The notes beneath the pieces are model-generated. The model searched no databases and was not told where the DNA came from. It was given only the letters and a program-made list of their open reading frames with translations. Positions 11,647-25,159 of a DNA stretch of 64,000 nucleotides are shown piece by piece (the first letter of the stretch is position 1; every line of letters begins with the position of its first letter). Source of the stretch: Octopus bimaculoides (taxonomy: Eukaryota); NCBI RefSeq assembly GCF_001194135.2, contig NC_068982.1, positions 12,489,838 through 12,553,837 on the forward strand, given 5' to 3'. Both the position numbers and the translations under genes were made by a program.

Positions 11647-11668
11647 ATCTTCCTTATATGGAAAGTAG
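11647..11668 (+). CDS. Candidate 22-nt exon
   Basis: tttaacAG|ATCTTCCTTATATGGAAAGTAG|GTGAGA; reads IFLIWKV or LPYMES. Confidence 0.3.
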
Positions 11669-12309
11669 GTGAGAGATTGATTGATTATTCCTTCCATTTA
11701 ATTTCCTTATAATGCTCCTCCACAACATTATCAATCCTCATTTCAAAATGATAAATCACAAGAAACATTCCTTTTATTGATGGCTTTGATTAGTTACCCT
11801 AAAATTTCCTTTACTTTTGATGAGATGAGATATAAAATATTTTTTAATAAAGGAAATTTTGTATCTATAGCCTGTAGGACATTTTCTCCTAAAAATGAAA
11901 GAGTTGATAGTTTCATACGTTTATTATTTTTTTAATAATGTGTTTATGTCAGAAGGGAAAGGCAATTATTTTTACAGTTTATGTTGCTGTTATGATTCTT
12001 GTTGTTCATCATGAATATCTAATTAGACAGATATTTTGCTAGATATCTGTCACACAAATTGAGGGTAGCCCATCTCCATTCTAATTTTGACCATCTAATC
12101 CAGCTTGTCTCCAGAGAAAGGATGAAATTATGCCAACAATCAAAACAGGGTAAGTTCAGAATTCCTACATGACACACAAATAAATAACCTGTGACCTTCA
12201 TCACTCCATCTCAAATTCAAATACAGAAGTTACCTGGTTTTAGAAATGTTTCATTTATTGTTAACAAAGCTGGGAATAACATATGGTATTCAAACTACTT
12301 CATAAAATC

Positions 12310-12669
12310 CCCACACTGCAAAGATCACATCACAGAAGATCGAAAAGCTTGGTTGGGAAAAAATTCCCCATTCACCTTATTCTCCCCACCTTGCTCCTTC
12401 AGACTACCATTTGTTTTTTAGTTTACAAAATCATTTGGGGGACATAACTTTCACAAGCCAGGAAGAGGTCGAAACTGACAATTCAGAGTTCTTCACTTTG
12501 AAACCAAAAGAGTTTTACATTGATGGGATTAAAAAGCTTGTAAATAGATGGAAGGAAATTATATATAATCAGGGAAAGTACATTGATGATTAAATTTCAA
12601 TTAAATATAACATTTGATCACTTATTTTCTTTATTCAAAATTTGGACAGAATTTATGGGATGACCTGAT
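12310..12669 (+). mobile_element. Mariner transposase C-terminal remnant with 3' TIR
   Basis: Frameshifted LGWEKIPHSPYSP-LAPSDYHLF-SLQNHLG...KPKEFYIDGIKKLVNRWKEIIYNQGKYIDD* (YSPDLAPSDY motif); TIR GGACAGAATTTATGGGATGACCTGAT next to the gap. Confidence 0.9.
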
Positions 12670-12764
12670 NNNNNNNNNNNNNNNNNNNNNNNNNNNNNNN
12701 NNNNNNNNNNNNNNNNNNNNNNNNNNNNNNNNNNNNNNNNNNNNNNNNNNNNNNNNNNNNNNNN

Positions 12765-12798
<34 letters not shown>

Positions 12799-13399
12799 CA
12801 TACATATGTATAGTAATGTATAATTATATCTAACATGCTCATGTCCACTCAAATATGAAAGGGCAATGCATTGCATAAATTATCTCAAGAGAAGAGTCTT
12901 CTTATAGACAACACAGGTATAAACACACCACTAATCCATAAATGATGTCACTGGACCATAGGACTCGTGTATTTCTGCATCATTATACATCATCAGCTAC
13001 ATATACTAAGCTCTCATTTCTGGTCACTCTAATATTAGAACAGCAAATAGTACACTTGCTGGTGCGTGAAGTAATTTTTTTTCTTTTCATTTATTTGTCT
13101 GTTTTTTTCCCATGCTAACATGGGTAAGGTATATAAATTATCAACACATTGTTTTAACAGCTTGATATCCTTCCTCTCACTAACCCTCATCTATTTTCCA
13201 AATAAGAGGGGTCTCTTATTTCACACATCTATGAAAGTGCAATGCCACTAGACAAGTTATTAACAGAAATATGACCAACAACATTGCTTGCTTGGAGGGA
13301 CTTCTGTAAAATGCTAGTGTAAACAAACACACAAATGTAAAGTCACACATTCACACACACATATGTACACATATGCATGCACACACACATATAAGCATA

Positions 13400-13770
13400 T
13401 ATAAAGGGCTTCTTTCAGTTTCTGTTTACCAGATTCACTGTGAAGGCTTTGATTATCACAGAGCTATAATAGGTGACAACTTAAGTAAGTGGAACTGAAC
13501 CTGAGACCATGTGATTGGGAAGTGAACTTCTTAACCACAGACATGCCTGATATAATAATGGTTTCAAATTTTGTCACAAGGACAGCCATTTTGGGGTAGA
13601 GGGTGTGTCAATTACATCGACCACAGTGTTTGACTGGCACTTAATTCATCGACCCCGAAAGGATGAAAGGCAAAGTTGACCTCAGCAGAATTTGAACTCA
13701 GAACATAGCGACTGGCAAAATACTGGCAAAAGACTGGCAAAATGAATCTGCCAGCTTGCCCCCTTATTGC
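13400..13770 (-). mobile_element. SINE-B head (13400-13545) plus SINE-A (13560-13770)
   Basis: Reverse complements of both consensus sequences. Confidence 0.8.
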
Positions 13771-14179
13771 CTGATATGATAATACCTTGGCTAGTACCCT
13801 AGCTTTATTCCTAAAAAATTGCACTGCTAAATGAACCACTACTACATAAGGGCATTACAGCACGGCACATACAGAGCTATGAGTTTCATAGATTATTTTT
13901 AACCATAGTACAAACACAAATGAATGTGATGAACATCCTTGAACAACTGAAAAATCCAGAGACTTGCAGCTTTTAATCGCTTGATAACTTTAGCTAACTT
14001 CACAGAATGTGATATTACGCACTGTAATCTTAACTTACGTTAAAATTAGAAACGAAAATTCAAAGACTCCTTGTCCATCTATGTAGGAAGCATTTTTTAT
14101 TCTTTATTCTTTTACTTGTTTCAGTTATTTAACTTCGGCCACGTTGGAGCACCACCTTTTAGTTGAAAAACTTAACCCC

Positions 14180-14385
14180 GGGCGTTGTGTGTGTTTATTG
14201 AGTGAAAACACCTAAAGCTCTACGAGGTTCCGGCAGGGGGTGGTGGCGACCACTGTTGTACTCTTTCGCCCCAACTTTCTCTCATTCTTCAAGTCCAGCT
14301 GGGGAGAACACATACACCATAGAAACTGGGAAACCGGGCCCATGAGCCTGGCTAGGCTTTAAAAGGGTGCATGAAAAAAAAAAAA
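14180..14385 (+). mobile_element. SINE fragment sharing the tail of the 30080-30300 element
   Basis: AGAAACTGGGAAAC-GG-CC-ATGAG tail followed by A-run. Confidence 0.55.
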
Positions 14386-15129
14386 CTGGTGCAGAAGTAT
14401 GATCTTGAAGTAGATTCTAGAGGCATGCTTTAACAAAAGCTAAGGGATGTCTCACATCCAGTAGTCTTCTAGCATGCTAGGCACCAACCCAGAGTTCCTG
14501 GGACCCATGCTTACTAGTTACTCTATGTTGCTTAGGAGAACATAAAGATGGAATTTTATAATTCATATTTATCTGGAAATTTCCATAAAACAGTAGAAAA
14601 ATCCAGTAATATTCAACGCAGTATTTATCTTTAATATGAAGTTATTAGACTGTATTTCTAATTGTTACAAATATTTACTAATGTTCTGAACTTCTACTTC
14701 TAACAAATCTTGCTATATTCATTCATCTTTTATTACTTTAAATAAGATATATATTTGGATAGAAAATGGAGAGGAAATTGTTTACTGTCTTTCTGTAATC
14801 TGATATGAATAAATTGAAGCTGGTTATTTCAGTAAACTTGTTGCATTAAAATTGTATACATCACTAGTAAAATCTTACAAAACACATCAGTTTTACTGTT
14901 AAGTTAATGACAAGGTTTCTTATGCTGGAATACATTTCTATTAGTTAATTTTAACATTTAGCAACTAGTATTGATCTGATAAAATATATTTATACATTTA
15001 TAAAGACTGGTAAAAAGAATGGTTAACAAGAAGTGGAAATTATTTGAAAACCTTGGCACTATTTATGTCAGATGGAATCTCCATAGAAAATAATAGTATT
15101 TTGTGTACAAGTGTTGCATTGTATTATCA

Positions 15130-15458
15130 CAGTGGCTCTCAGCTGGGGTTCATATGGCCCCTGAGGGTCCATATAAGATTTCTGGGGATCCACACAACAA
15201 AATAGTTAACTGGAGATTCACAATAGTATTTTAAGGGACCCCTGAGAAAGGTTTTCTTAGAATATATTGCAAGAAACAACCAGGTTTGTTTAATATTTTA
15301 CATAGTTCAACCTAGATGAGTTAATGTGTTGAAAACAAAATAGGAATTTTAGAAGTGTCTATAAAGTTAGGTTTCAAACATTAAATGGCTATAGGGGTCC
15401 ACCAGAATAAAATAGTAATCAAAGGGGTCCATAGATAAAAAATGGTTGAGAACCCTTG
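15130..15458. mobile_element. hAT/Charlie-type MITE
   Basis: TIRs CAGTGGCTCTCA / TGAGAACCCTTG, internal GGGGTCCA repeats, imperfect 8-bp flanks. Confidence 0.7.
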
Positions 15459-15674
15459 AATTATCTGAAAACATTAAAGATGAAAGCTGAGTAAAGATAA
15501 GCATAGGTAAGCAGTTTGCTTTGAAACTGTATGTTTTTAGGTTGGGTTGAGTCCCACTGTGTGGCTGACTAATGACTTGTGAGTGAATTTTGTTGATGAA
15601 ATAGGGCAGAAGCTCATCATATAATGTATGTGTTTGTTAGTGTGTGTGAGTGTGCGTGCATGTGTTTGTATGAC

Positions 15675-17585
15675 AGACTATTAAATATGGTGAATGCATG
15701 AGAGAAAAAAGGGTCTTCACAACGTAGAACCAACAGTGGGACCAGTTATCTTAGCGACACCAGTATGTCAGATAAAGCACTTAAGACTATGAGGGCTGGG
15801 TAAGGCCCTGGTCCATCAGGAATCCCCAGAGATGCTTAAAATACCTGCTGAGGAGGATGTGGTTTAGTCCCTCATAGAGTTAATTAAGTTGTACAAGAAA
15901 GTGCTATCCCCCCCCCCCACCAAGTGATTGGCAAAGCTATATTATTTGAAGTTACAGGGGTAAAGGAGATGCCTCAGACAGAAGTAATTACAGAGGTCAT
16001 GAAAAATATGTAAAGTGTAATTTATTAGGAAGAAAATGAAATTATATGAGAAGCATTTGGTTTTGTGCCAGAGAGAAATACTACTCTTTGTAGTAAGACA
16101 ACTGTAGAAGTATTTTACAAAAAAGTAAGCCATTGTATTTGGCATTTGTTGACCTCGAGATAGCCTTTGACAGCTTCCCTTTGCTCTGTGGTCTGGTGGT
16201 GTCTGTGGAGTCTTTTGGTAGATGAATAGGTTCCATTCATATGAAAGCCTTGTAAGCCATGTGCATAGGTGCTGTCAATAAGATTTGAGGGAGCTACAAT
16301 TACATCAATGAGTTTAGAGTACAAGTGGGAGTTCATTAGCCTTCAGTTCTCAATCCTCTTCTATTCTCCATAGTACTCTGGCCATAGCAAGAATTTGGGA
16401 ACTTCTATGTAACGATAACCTCATTCTCATAGTGGACTCTGTTGAAGAATTAGAAAAGAAATTCCAGGTGTGGAATCAAAGAAATTTAAAGTTAGCTTAA
16501 AGCAAAAGCCAGAGTTCCACTAATCAGGGAAACACACAGAACACTTCTCTTTTCAGGAAAATGGCTCTGCTCAGTATGCAGGACAGGTGTCGGTAGAAAT
16601 TCCATGTAGTGTTGTCAGTGCTTGTTATTCCATTGTACGTAAGGTGCACAATCAGAAAAATACAATGAAGATTAATGGAGAAAGTTGAGTTTGAGTGTGG
16701 CAGATGTTCTGGAGCAATAAACATGAAGTACACACAGGAAATAGCTACTCTAAAATAGCCCAGGAGGTTCCATAGTGGTAGCAGAGAGCTCCTGATGTCT
16801 AGATAACCTAATTAGTAGTGGAGGAGGATGTTCTGAAAGGATAGTTGCTGTAATAAGAATAAAAAAGAGTAAGGCGTCAAGCTGGCTGAAACATTAGTAG
16901 CATGCCGGGCGAAATGCTTAGCGGTATTTTGTCTGTCTTTACGTTCTGAGTTCAAATTCTGCCAAGGTCAACTTTGCCTTTCATCCTTTCGGGATCGATA
17001 AATTAAGTACCACTGGGGGTCGATGTAATTGACTTAATCCCTTTGTCTGTCCTTGTTTGTCCCCTCTATGTTTAGCCCCTTGTGGGCAATAAAGAAATAA
17101 GAAAGAGTAAGTTTAGCTAGTTATTACCTCTGTGGGTAGCGAAGTCCCACCCTCAGAGTGAAAGGCAGATTGTATCGTGTTTGTGTATGAATAGTAATGC
17201 TACATGGTAGTGAGACATGGGCTTTGAAGGCAGAGGACATGCAAAAACTAGAAGAGAATGAAACTACTATGCTCCATTAGAAATGCTGTGCTTGTGTGCA
17301 TGTGTGACAAAGTGTAAGTGTGTTGAGAAAAAAATTGGGAATGAGAAAAATAAGGTGTAGTATGCAAGAAAGTAGACTGAGCTGATATGGTCACATGATA
17401 TGTATGAATGAGAACAACTGTGCAAAGAAGTGCCAATTACTAAATGTGGATGGAACTTGGGGAAGAGAGAGACTTAGGAAGACATGGGAAGAGGTAATGA
17501 AGGCTCAATCTATTGAGCCTTAGGAAGGAGATAACAAAGGATCAACATGACTGCTAATTGTCTGTACTTGAAAAGACCCATCTTT
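15675..17585 (+). mobile_element. Decayed RTE LINE (RT domain to C-terminus), interrupted by SINE-A at 16871-17100
   Basis: Degenerate translations: GKA-GPSGIP-EMLK, KGKGDASDRSNYRG, KPLYLAFVDLEIAFD, decayed YADD-like segment, GSETWALKAEDMQKLEENE, YGHMICMNENNCAKKC..VDGTWGR; many stops and frameshifts. Confidence 0.85.
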
Positions 17586-18419
17586 CACTGTAAATGTGTG
17601 GCCTTATAACCCTTATGTTTATGTTTTTACACTTCCTGGGCCCTGACTCTGCATCCAATTAGTCCCCATCAAGCCTTCCCCACCTCTCATCTTCCTCACC
17701 CATCTCTCATTTCTTCTATGACACTATTCAGCTGTTGCAATCTTATGACAGGAAATTCTGCATACATTTTATCCCTTCTGTGTGCTGCCAGTGATGGTGA
17801 TGGTGATGAGGATGATGATGATTTGTCCCATCAATTTTTGCCAATTATTAATAAAAGGATGTGATTGTGATGTTAACAAGATGTTTGAAATACATCCTGT
17901 GTCTTGGAAAATTAAACATTTACAGATATTTCATTTGGTTTTGGCACAGAAATGAATAGCTACAGTTTTTATATGTTAAATAAACTGCAATTTCCTTGAT
18001 ATTTAAATGGATATAATTTATTAGCATATCCTTTGAAGTTAAATGAAACAAACTGGATGTTATGGTAGATGTAACACTTACAAAAAAAAAAAAAAATGAA
18101 CATGTGAGCACTGAATACAAAATGATATTTCCTCTTTGGCAAAATAAGAAATAAAATGTTTAATTCTTTCAAGATATTTTCAATTTCTGTCTCAAATGTT
18201 TTTTAATACTCTAAAAGATTTTAATTATATTATACAGAAATGCTATACCATGTAACATTGCCTTTAATTTGTATCATTAATTTCAATATTCTTGTCCTTA
18301 AGAATGTTCACATGGAATACAATTAATTTAATTTTTCTTTTTAAATTGTAAGCATTTGAAATTAACATATCTCAAATAAAAGACATGGTTTCCATTGTTA
18401 TTATTAATATTGTTGTTGC

Positions 18420-18875
18420 TGTTATATAACTGTTCAGCATTTGGTAGTTTGAGGCAAATTTCTACTGCATCACCTGCTCCACCTCTGTGTTGCAGGGGTG
18501 TATGCAGCATTGTGTGTTCTTTTCTGTTATTGGGAGTGCACAAAACACTTCCCGGTATTGTATAGTGTTAGTTTTTTTTTCTCTTGAGGTGTGGTGCAGT
18601 CTTTTGTTGTGTAACTGCTTGTATTGTGTGTTGAGTGTGTAATGCATTGGTTATCTATCTTGCTGGTGGAAGTTTGTTTCATTGGGTTATTGCTGTATAG
18701 AGTGTGTCTTGTATTTGTAGGTTGTTTTGCTTAGGTTGTATTATTGGATTGATAGTGTCTTGCATAGGATGTGTGCTGTTCATACCAGGGCTATTTTTTG
18801 GACAGTGTGTAGTATTGAGGATCCAGGTATAGCTTCTACGTTTTTGTTCATGTGTTGTTTTTTTTATCATGCCCA
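18420..18875 (-). mobile_element. RLE-type LINE 3' end and UTR
   Basis: NKNVEAIPGSSILHTVQKIALV*TAHILCKTLSIQ* resembles the RLE C-terminus (cf. LQKTALLGTARIL at 59.95 kb); ends in an AAT/AAC-rich tract. Confidence 0.7.
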
Positions 18876-18914
18876 AATACATACATACATACATACATGC
18901 ATACATATATGCTA

Positions 18915-19070
18915 ACACCATGTCAAAAGCACCCAGTAGACTTTGTAAAGTAGTTAGCATTAGGAAGGGCATCCGGCCATTTAGACCATATGGAAACAGA
19001 CACTTGGAACCTGGTGCCTCCAACCCATGCCGGGCATGGAAAATGGACGTTAAATGATGATGGTAATGAT
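18915..19070 (+). mobile_element. RTE 3' UTR fragment
   Basis: TTAGGAAGGGCATCC...CCATGCCGGGCATGGAAAATGGACGTTAAATGATGATG. Confidence 0.8.
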
Positions 19071-19276
19071 ATATATATATATATATATNNNNNNNNNNNN
19101 NNNNNNNNNNNNNNNNNNNNNNNNNNNNNNNNNNNNNNNNNNNNNNNNNNNNNNNNNNNNNNNNNNNNNNNNNNNNNNNNNNNNNNNNNNNNNNNNNNNN
19201 NNNNNNNNNNNNNNNNNNNNNNNNNNNNNNNNNNNNNNNNNNNNNNNNNNNNNNNNNNNNNNNNNNNNNNNNNNNN

Positions 19277-19312
<36 letters not shown>

Positions 19313-19334
19313 TTTATATATATATATATATATA

Positions 19335-19530
19335 TGAGTGGTAATGGTGTCATTAAGACCTAAAGTTGTCAGATACTATTGGATTTTGTTTAACCATTTT
19401 CTCACACCGTCTCCGATGAAGGGATATAATAAATATCCTGGAAACAGCTGTAAAACTTTCTACTTATAAATGTTCTAAAATCTTCACAGCCTTGGTTTTT
19501 TTTTATCTCATTCTGAAAAAAAAAAATTGT
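19335..19530 (+). mobile_element. Penelope-like terminal repeat (family PLE-A) with hammerhead-like motif
   Basis: Matches 30630-30770 (rc) and 31100-31225; CCGATGA-AGGGATAT..ATATCCT-G-GAAACAGCTGTA. Confidence 0.65.
19409..19456 (+). ncRNA. Minimal type I hammerhead ribozyme motif (variant core)
   Basis: CCGAUGA core variant, 7-bp stem II, GAAA, palindromic ACAGCUGU stem III, GUA cleavage triplet. Confidence 0.45.
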
Positions 19531-20370
19531 TGTCTATATATATATATGTATAAAACCCATGCTAGCATGGAAAGCAGATGTTAAATGATGATGATATATA
19601 TATATACATGCATACATATTAATAGGCTTCTTTCATTTCCTACCAAATTCACTCACAAGGCTTTGGTCAGTCTGGGATTATAGTAGATGACACTTGCCCC
19701 CCAGGTTTTCTGTTATAGAAAATACATCAGTAGAAAATCAATTCTCTTCAAAGTTCTTTTTGAGAGAACAAAGAACCTTGCACTAAGTTACAGACATTCC
19801 CTTGTCACTCTCGACATCAGAAGTGCAGTGAACCAGTGATTGCCCCATTGAAAACCTGTAATCATCGATATTATTGTTCACGAATTGTGATATAATATAT
19901 CTGTGAAAAAAAAGAATATATAGGGAGAAAAAATATAAAAGAAATCTAAAGTGCTATTTTCTTGAATTGTGTGTATTTGAATGCAATGTATTCCAATATT
20001 TTGTTGTGCTATAATAATTCCCAAGCCTGATTACAAGTATTTAAGCATTATATGTTTCACTCCAACAGAAGATTAATAATATTCAGCAAAATTAATTTAG
20101 CTTTGTCAGTAGGAGAATTCATTCATCCTCAGCTATATTATAACATTAAATTTATTGGACAGCAATTCATGAAAGTAATCCCATTGTATTATGATATATG
20201 CTGTGTCCAGCTATTTTCCTATTACTAACTGGCATCAAATGACAGAAAATTGCTAATATATTACCTTAGAATTATGATTAAAATCTCTTTTGAATGTGTT
20301 CTTTTTTCAATGAAATTGAAAACTATTTGAAGAAATTTCTGTACTTCAATTTATTTAATTTATTTCGCAG

Positions 20371-20399
20371 TTAGTGAACAATGGTATTGCTGGTCACAG
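20371..20399 (+). CDS. Candidate 29-nt exon
   Basis: ttatttcgcAG|TTAGTGAACAATGGTATTGCTGGTCACAG|GTAACT; LVNNGIAGH + AG; phase 2 joins 22770. Confidence 0.4.
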
Positions 20400-20539
20400 G
20401 TAACTAATGAGATTGGTTCACAGTATTTCTGATGGCAAGAATGTCAAGGGAATATTTGTAACATAGTGCAGAACAAATATAACAATGGATTTCATCTGAA
20501 GCACACCAAGTTTTAATTTTCCAATGCAAATGTTGAAGT

Positions 20540-20996
20540 CCTTAACAATATACATCAATGAAAGACAAAGATGTGCATACATGCCATAGCCACGCATAAT
20601 AAAAAGGAATACTGGTGGAATATACCAGTTAAGATCTCAATAAAATGTAAGCACAACAGACCTGATATAGTGATTTGGGATAGAGAAGAGAAACTGTGCA
20701 CAGTTGTGGAAATTAACTGCCCAGCGGATGTTAACATAAAGCTGAAGATCAGTGAAAAAGAGGACACTTATGCTGAATTATTGAGAAATCTGCAATTACT
20801 CTATCCAAATTACAAGTTCAGGTTTATATCTGCAATTACTAGAGCCCTGTGATATGTAACACACTGCCTAAATACCAATCTTGAGAAATTAGGCTTCTCA
20901 AAACCAGAAAGGAGAAAGCTAATTTGAAGAGAACAGATCCAATCCATCACTGGAACTGTAAAACCCTGTAAAACTTTCCAGAAGTTTATCATTTAA
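20540..20996 (+). mobile_element. RLE-type LINE (R4/Dong-like) endonuclease C-terminal fragment
   Basis: ORF 20571-20852 contains HNRPDIVIWDREEKLCTVVEINCPAD...EKEDTY (RPD..D-E-K nuclease motif) and continues past stops to TGTVKPCKTFQKFII*. Confidence 0.9.
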
Positions 20997-21474
20997 GATA
21001 TATATGAACATGTCTAGATATGCAACTATATGCATATTAAACTAGTTACAGGCTGAAGGTCTGTGTGTTTATATAGCTTTTGATAAACAAATAAATATAT
21101 TTCTCTATGGAATGTTTTAGAATGAATTATAATAATGTCATGTGGATAATTCAAAAAATTCAAAAGTTTGCCTGTTATGTTGTTAAATAAGCAAATATAT
21201 AAACAAATATTTAGATATATATGAATAATAATAATAATGATAAGGATTATTATGAAATAGCATTAGCATTACCTTTAATTTATGTTTATATATAAATACA
21301 GCCTCAAATAGATCTACATATGTTTCGACTGCATCAGTTAAGTAACTTGTAATTGCAACTTCACTATAATAGCAGTGCAGTTTCTTCACGGTCTTCACTG
21401 TAATATCCTTTGAGGTTTAACTGGTTAAAGTTTTATGTTGATTTTCTTTGTGTTAAATGATTATATATATATGG

Positions 21475-21705
21475 AGAACCCCTTCGGTCATGACTGACCA
21501 TGGGATTGCACCTAGAAAGTTACCCTCCGAGGCACAAGTCTGGGCAAGGTTGTTTATGGAAGACCAGCAGTCGCCCATGCATACCAGCCTCCTCTCTTCA
21601 TGCCACTGATGTTATCCAAGGGAAAGGCAAAGATCGATACAGCTTAGCACCAGTGACGTCGCAACTCATTTCTACAGCTGAGTGAACTGGAGCAACGTGA
21701 AATAA
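21475..21705 (-). mobile_element. SINE-C central domain fused to a different tail
   Basis: rc begins TTATTTCACGTTGCTCCAGTTCACTCAGCTG and ends GGTGCAATCCCATGGTCAGTCATGACCGAAGGGG. Confidence 0.7.
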
Positions 21706-22769
21706 CCCACCCATGCCAGCATGGAAAATGGATGTAAAATTTGCATCACTGTCTGAATATAGTAAATAAAGATTTAGATTGAAGCAGAAATATGATCCAC
21801 TGGATTGCTTTGCATTACAATTCTTGCTGCAAGCCTGTTTTCTGTTGTATCATAAATTATGTAGAGATCAGCTTCTTTTATGCATATTTAATAAATGGAT
21901 AATTTCAAAGCTCTTGTTATCCATTGCATCTGACTTGATCACTCCACAGAAATATTCCAAAGTGAGTTTGAGATATTCCTGTGAAGTACTTCAATCAAAC
22001 TCTGTGCTTTTGAGTCAAGGAACTAGATATGTATTTTGTTGTTTAAGCTTGCTCAAAATAACAGCCTGTCTTTCTCAAATCATTCCTTGTTCTCTTAAAT
22101 ATCAGGGTACATTCGATAAGATAGCTTGAGATATCTGAATCAAAGATGGGATGGTCACAGTTGGAGCATCTTTGATCTTAGATGTGCTCTTTTATAGCTC
22201 AAGTAAAGCAAAACAGCAGTAACAACTCTTTGCTATTTTCTATGAGAAAGACAAACCATTTAAGAGGATGATCAGTTCAAATAAATCCATTGAAGAGTAG
22301 CCTCAGTCTATATTTCTTTTAACACACCATAGCAGAATACATACTCTTGATTCCATTTGTTGTTGTCGATAGTAATGGAAGATATATATAGCTATAACAC
22401 ACAACTTCAAAAATATAATTACAATGCCACATGATTTAAGCTATCAATTCAACTGTTAAACGCGATTACTGGGAGAGTAGTGCTCATGTGATTTACTACA
22501 AACGGCACCAGAAGGGTTGAAATTATATCAATCTCAATATTTGAAGACAATCAAAAGTAACAGTTATCAATCTATGGCTTGTAGTATATTTATGAAAGGG
22601 TCATGAAATCAAAGTCTTTAACTTTTGAAGTATTTGATGAATGGTAATAAACCATAACCATAGGGACTACAAGACTATATTTTTTGTCAACAAAAAAGTG
22701 AAGAAAATTTTCGTAAGAAAATTTTAAGTATGTACAATTTTTGGAATTCTCTTTTCTTTTTTTTTACAG

Positions 22770-22878
22770 ATTCAGTGAAGATTATCAAATTGCTAAAATG
22801 GATCATGGTGTTAGAGAATTGAGAACCACTAATTTAAGGAGTCATAAAGAAAAAATGTCAGTGTCCAGAGAAATTTAA
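22770..22878 (+). CDS. Candidate terminal coding exon
   Basis: Very strong acceptor ttctcttttctttttttttacAG; (R)FSEDYQIAKMDHGVRELRTTNLRSHKEKMSVSREI*; AATAAA at the stop and near 23089. Confidence 0.45.
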
Positions 22879-23574
22879 TAAAAGTCATCATTGGTTAAAA
22901 AAAAAGGTTATTCAATGAAGTTCATCAATTTGGATAATTTGCATGATGTGAGATGAGAAAAACCTTGATGTTTCATGTGAAGCCCTTTATCAGAGAGGAA
23001 AAATATTGATTTTTGCTTGAAGCATCAAGATTTTCATATTACCCACAGTATAGAAACTTTATGTTTTACAAGAGAATAGTCAGTTCAAATAAAACTATTG
23101 CAGAATATCCTTAGTCTAGAGAAAACAATGTTTAACACACTGGTGCCAGAATGAGTGCACTAGATTCCATTTATCATATTCAATGGTAATAGAAAGTGTA
23201 ACATACATAACTGTAAAAATATAATTACAATACCACACAAATTAAACTATCAATACAATACAATTGTGAAACACATTTAATAGGATTTACTAGGATTTCG
23301 TTGAACATGCAATTGTTAGAATTTGTAGTGCAGCATTGAACAATAGAAGGTTTATCACAAATAAAACAATATCACAATGTCACAATATTGATCAGGCCAT
23401 CAGATACTGTTATACACTGCTGATCACAATGCACTTCCAAGTCTGCCTTGATTGCACCATTTTTTTTCCATCTTGACCCAAATTGTTTGACCGAATCATC
23501 TTCTTGCTGTTGTGGAAAATAAAGAAGTATTTCAAATAAAAAGAATAGCTTTCTCTCTTTATTTTGTTAGTTTC

Positions 23575-23955
23575 TTTTATTCTTTTATTCTTTTATTCTT
23601 TTGTTTGTTTCGGTCATTTGACTGTGGCCATACTGGAGTACTGCCTTTAGGTGAACAAATCGACCCCAGGATTTATTCTTTGTAAGCCTAGTACTTATTT
23701 CATCGGTCACTTTTGCTGAACCACTAAGTTACTGGGACGTAAACACACCAACATCGGTTGTCAAGCAATGGTGTATATATACATATATACACATATATAT
23801 ACAATGGGCTTCTTTCAGTTTCCATCTACCAAATCCACTCACAAGGCTTTGGTTGGCCCAAGACTATAGTTGAACTCACTTGCCCAAGGTACCTTGCAGT
23901 GTGACTGAACCTGGAACCATGTGGTTGGGAAGCGAGCTACTTACCACACAGCTGC
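23575..23955 (-). mobile_element. SINE family B, full length
   Basis: Reverse complement of the family B consensus. Confidence 0.9.
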
Positions 23956-23999
23956 GCCTGCACCTATGTTTGATAGAGATATATGATAAAGGTAGGGTG

Positions 24000-24092
<93 letters not shown>
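24000..24092. repeat. (CT)n microsatellite
   Basis: Directly visible. Confidence 0.95.
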
Positions 24093-24093
<1 letters not shown>

Positions 24094-24164
24094 TTGTCTG
24101 GGATATTAAGGAATAAATCATAAGAGCTGTCAAGCGTCTATATAAGAGGAATAAATATTGTTAT

Positions 24165-24570
24165 TGTTTAGCCACAGGTCAACTCTTATTGAACAGACCA
24201 ATACTCAAAGGTATTGCAACTATGACCATCCTGTCTTTTTTGGGTTATCGACAATTACATTATCCAATAATGCCTTTTATTATTTTAGATGCAATCAAGG
24301 CAGAATTGTTAGCATGCTGGGCGAAATGCTTACCGGTATTTCATCTGCTGCTACATTCTGAGTTCAAATTCCGCTGAGGTTGACTTTGCCTTTCATCCTT
24401 TTGGGCTCGATAAATTAAGTACCAGTTGAGTACTGGGGATGATGTAATCGACTATCCCCCTCCCCCAAATTTTAGGCCTTGTGCCTATAGTAGAAAGGAT
24501 TATTTTAGGTGTGATTTAAGGGATATTTGGCTGCTGTTTCTAGCAAGTCAAGCAACCATACAGATGCTCT
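24165..24570 (+). mobile_element. Family D repeat split by SINE-A insertion (24295-24505)
   Basis: Family D 5' half ends at ~24290 and resumes at AGGTGTGATTTAAGGGATATTTGGCTGCTG after the SINE. Confidence 0.75.
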
Positions 24571-25159
24571 CACATTTGCTTATGTATATGAAGTAAATAA
24601 ATGAAGTCCCTTGTCAGTGATGAAGTCATTGTATAAGTGGGTTCTCACTAATGATCGCATTTCAGCTCTTTTTTAATGCAATAAGTACCTGCATATCTAA
24701 ATTTTTGGTTTTAAAAGATCCTAGACTTAAAAGAGGAGGAAGGGAAGATCCCATAACCTTGTTCAGGGCCTCTGAAGCATGTAAATGGGATCTTGTCCTT
24801 AGAATAGAGACGTGGCGAGCTGGACTTGACTATAAACGCAATATTTAATATACCAAATGAAACCAGAAAATATCAAAGTCTGAATCTTGGAGGAGATAGG
24901 GACTAAAAGTAAAAGATAAAATATTCCAAATTGATAGCATCATGTTTTCAGTGATTGTTTTGAATAGCACAATGTTTCAATCTATATTGTAGATAACATA
25001 TATTTCATGCAATGGGTTTATACTGTGCAGGAAGTAGGTCAGTACAACAACACAGGATGTATGCTACAAAGAAACTAATATTGAACAAATTGAATACAAA
25101 ACTGACGGCTTGAACAACCTTCTTGCCAAATCAAAAACAACAACAAAAAGCAAATTCAA

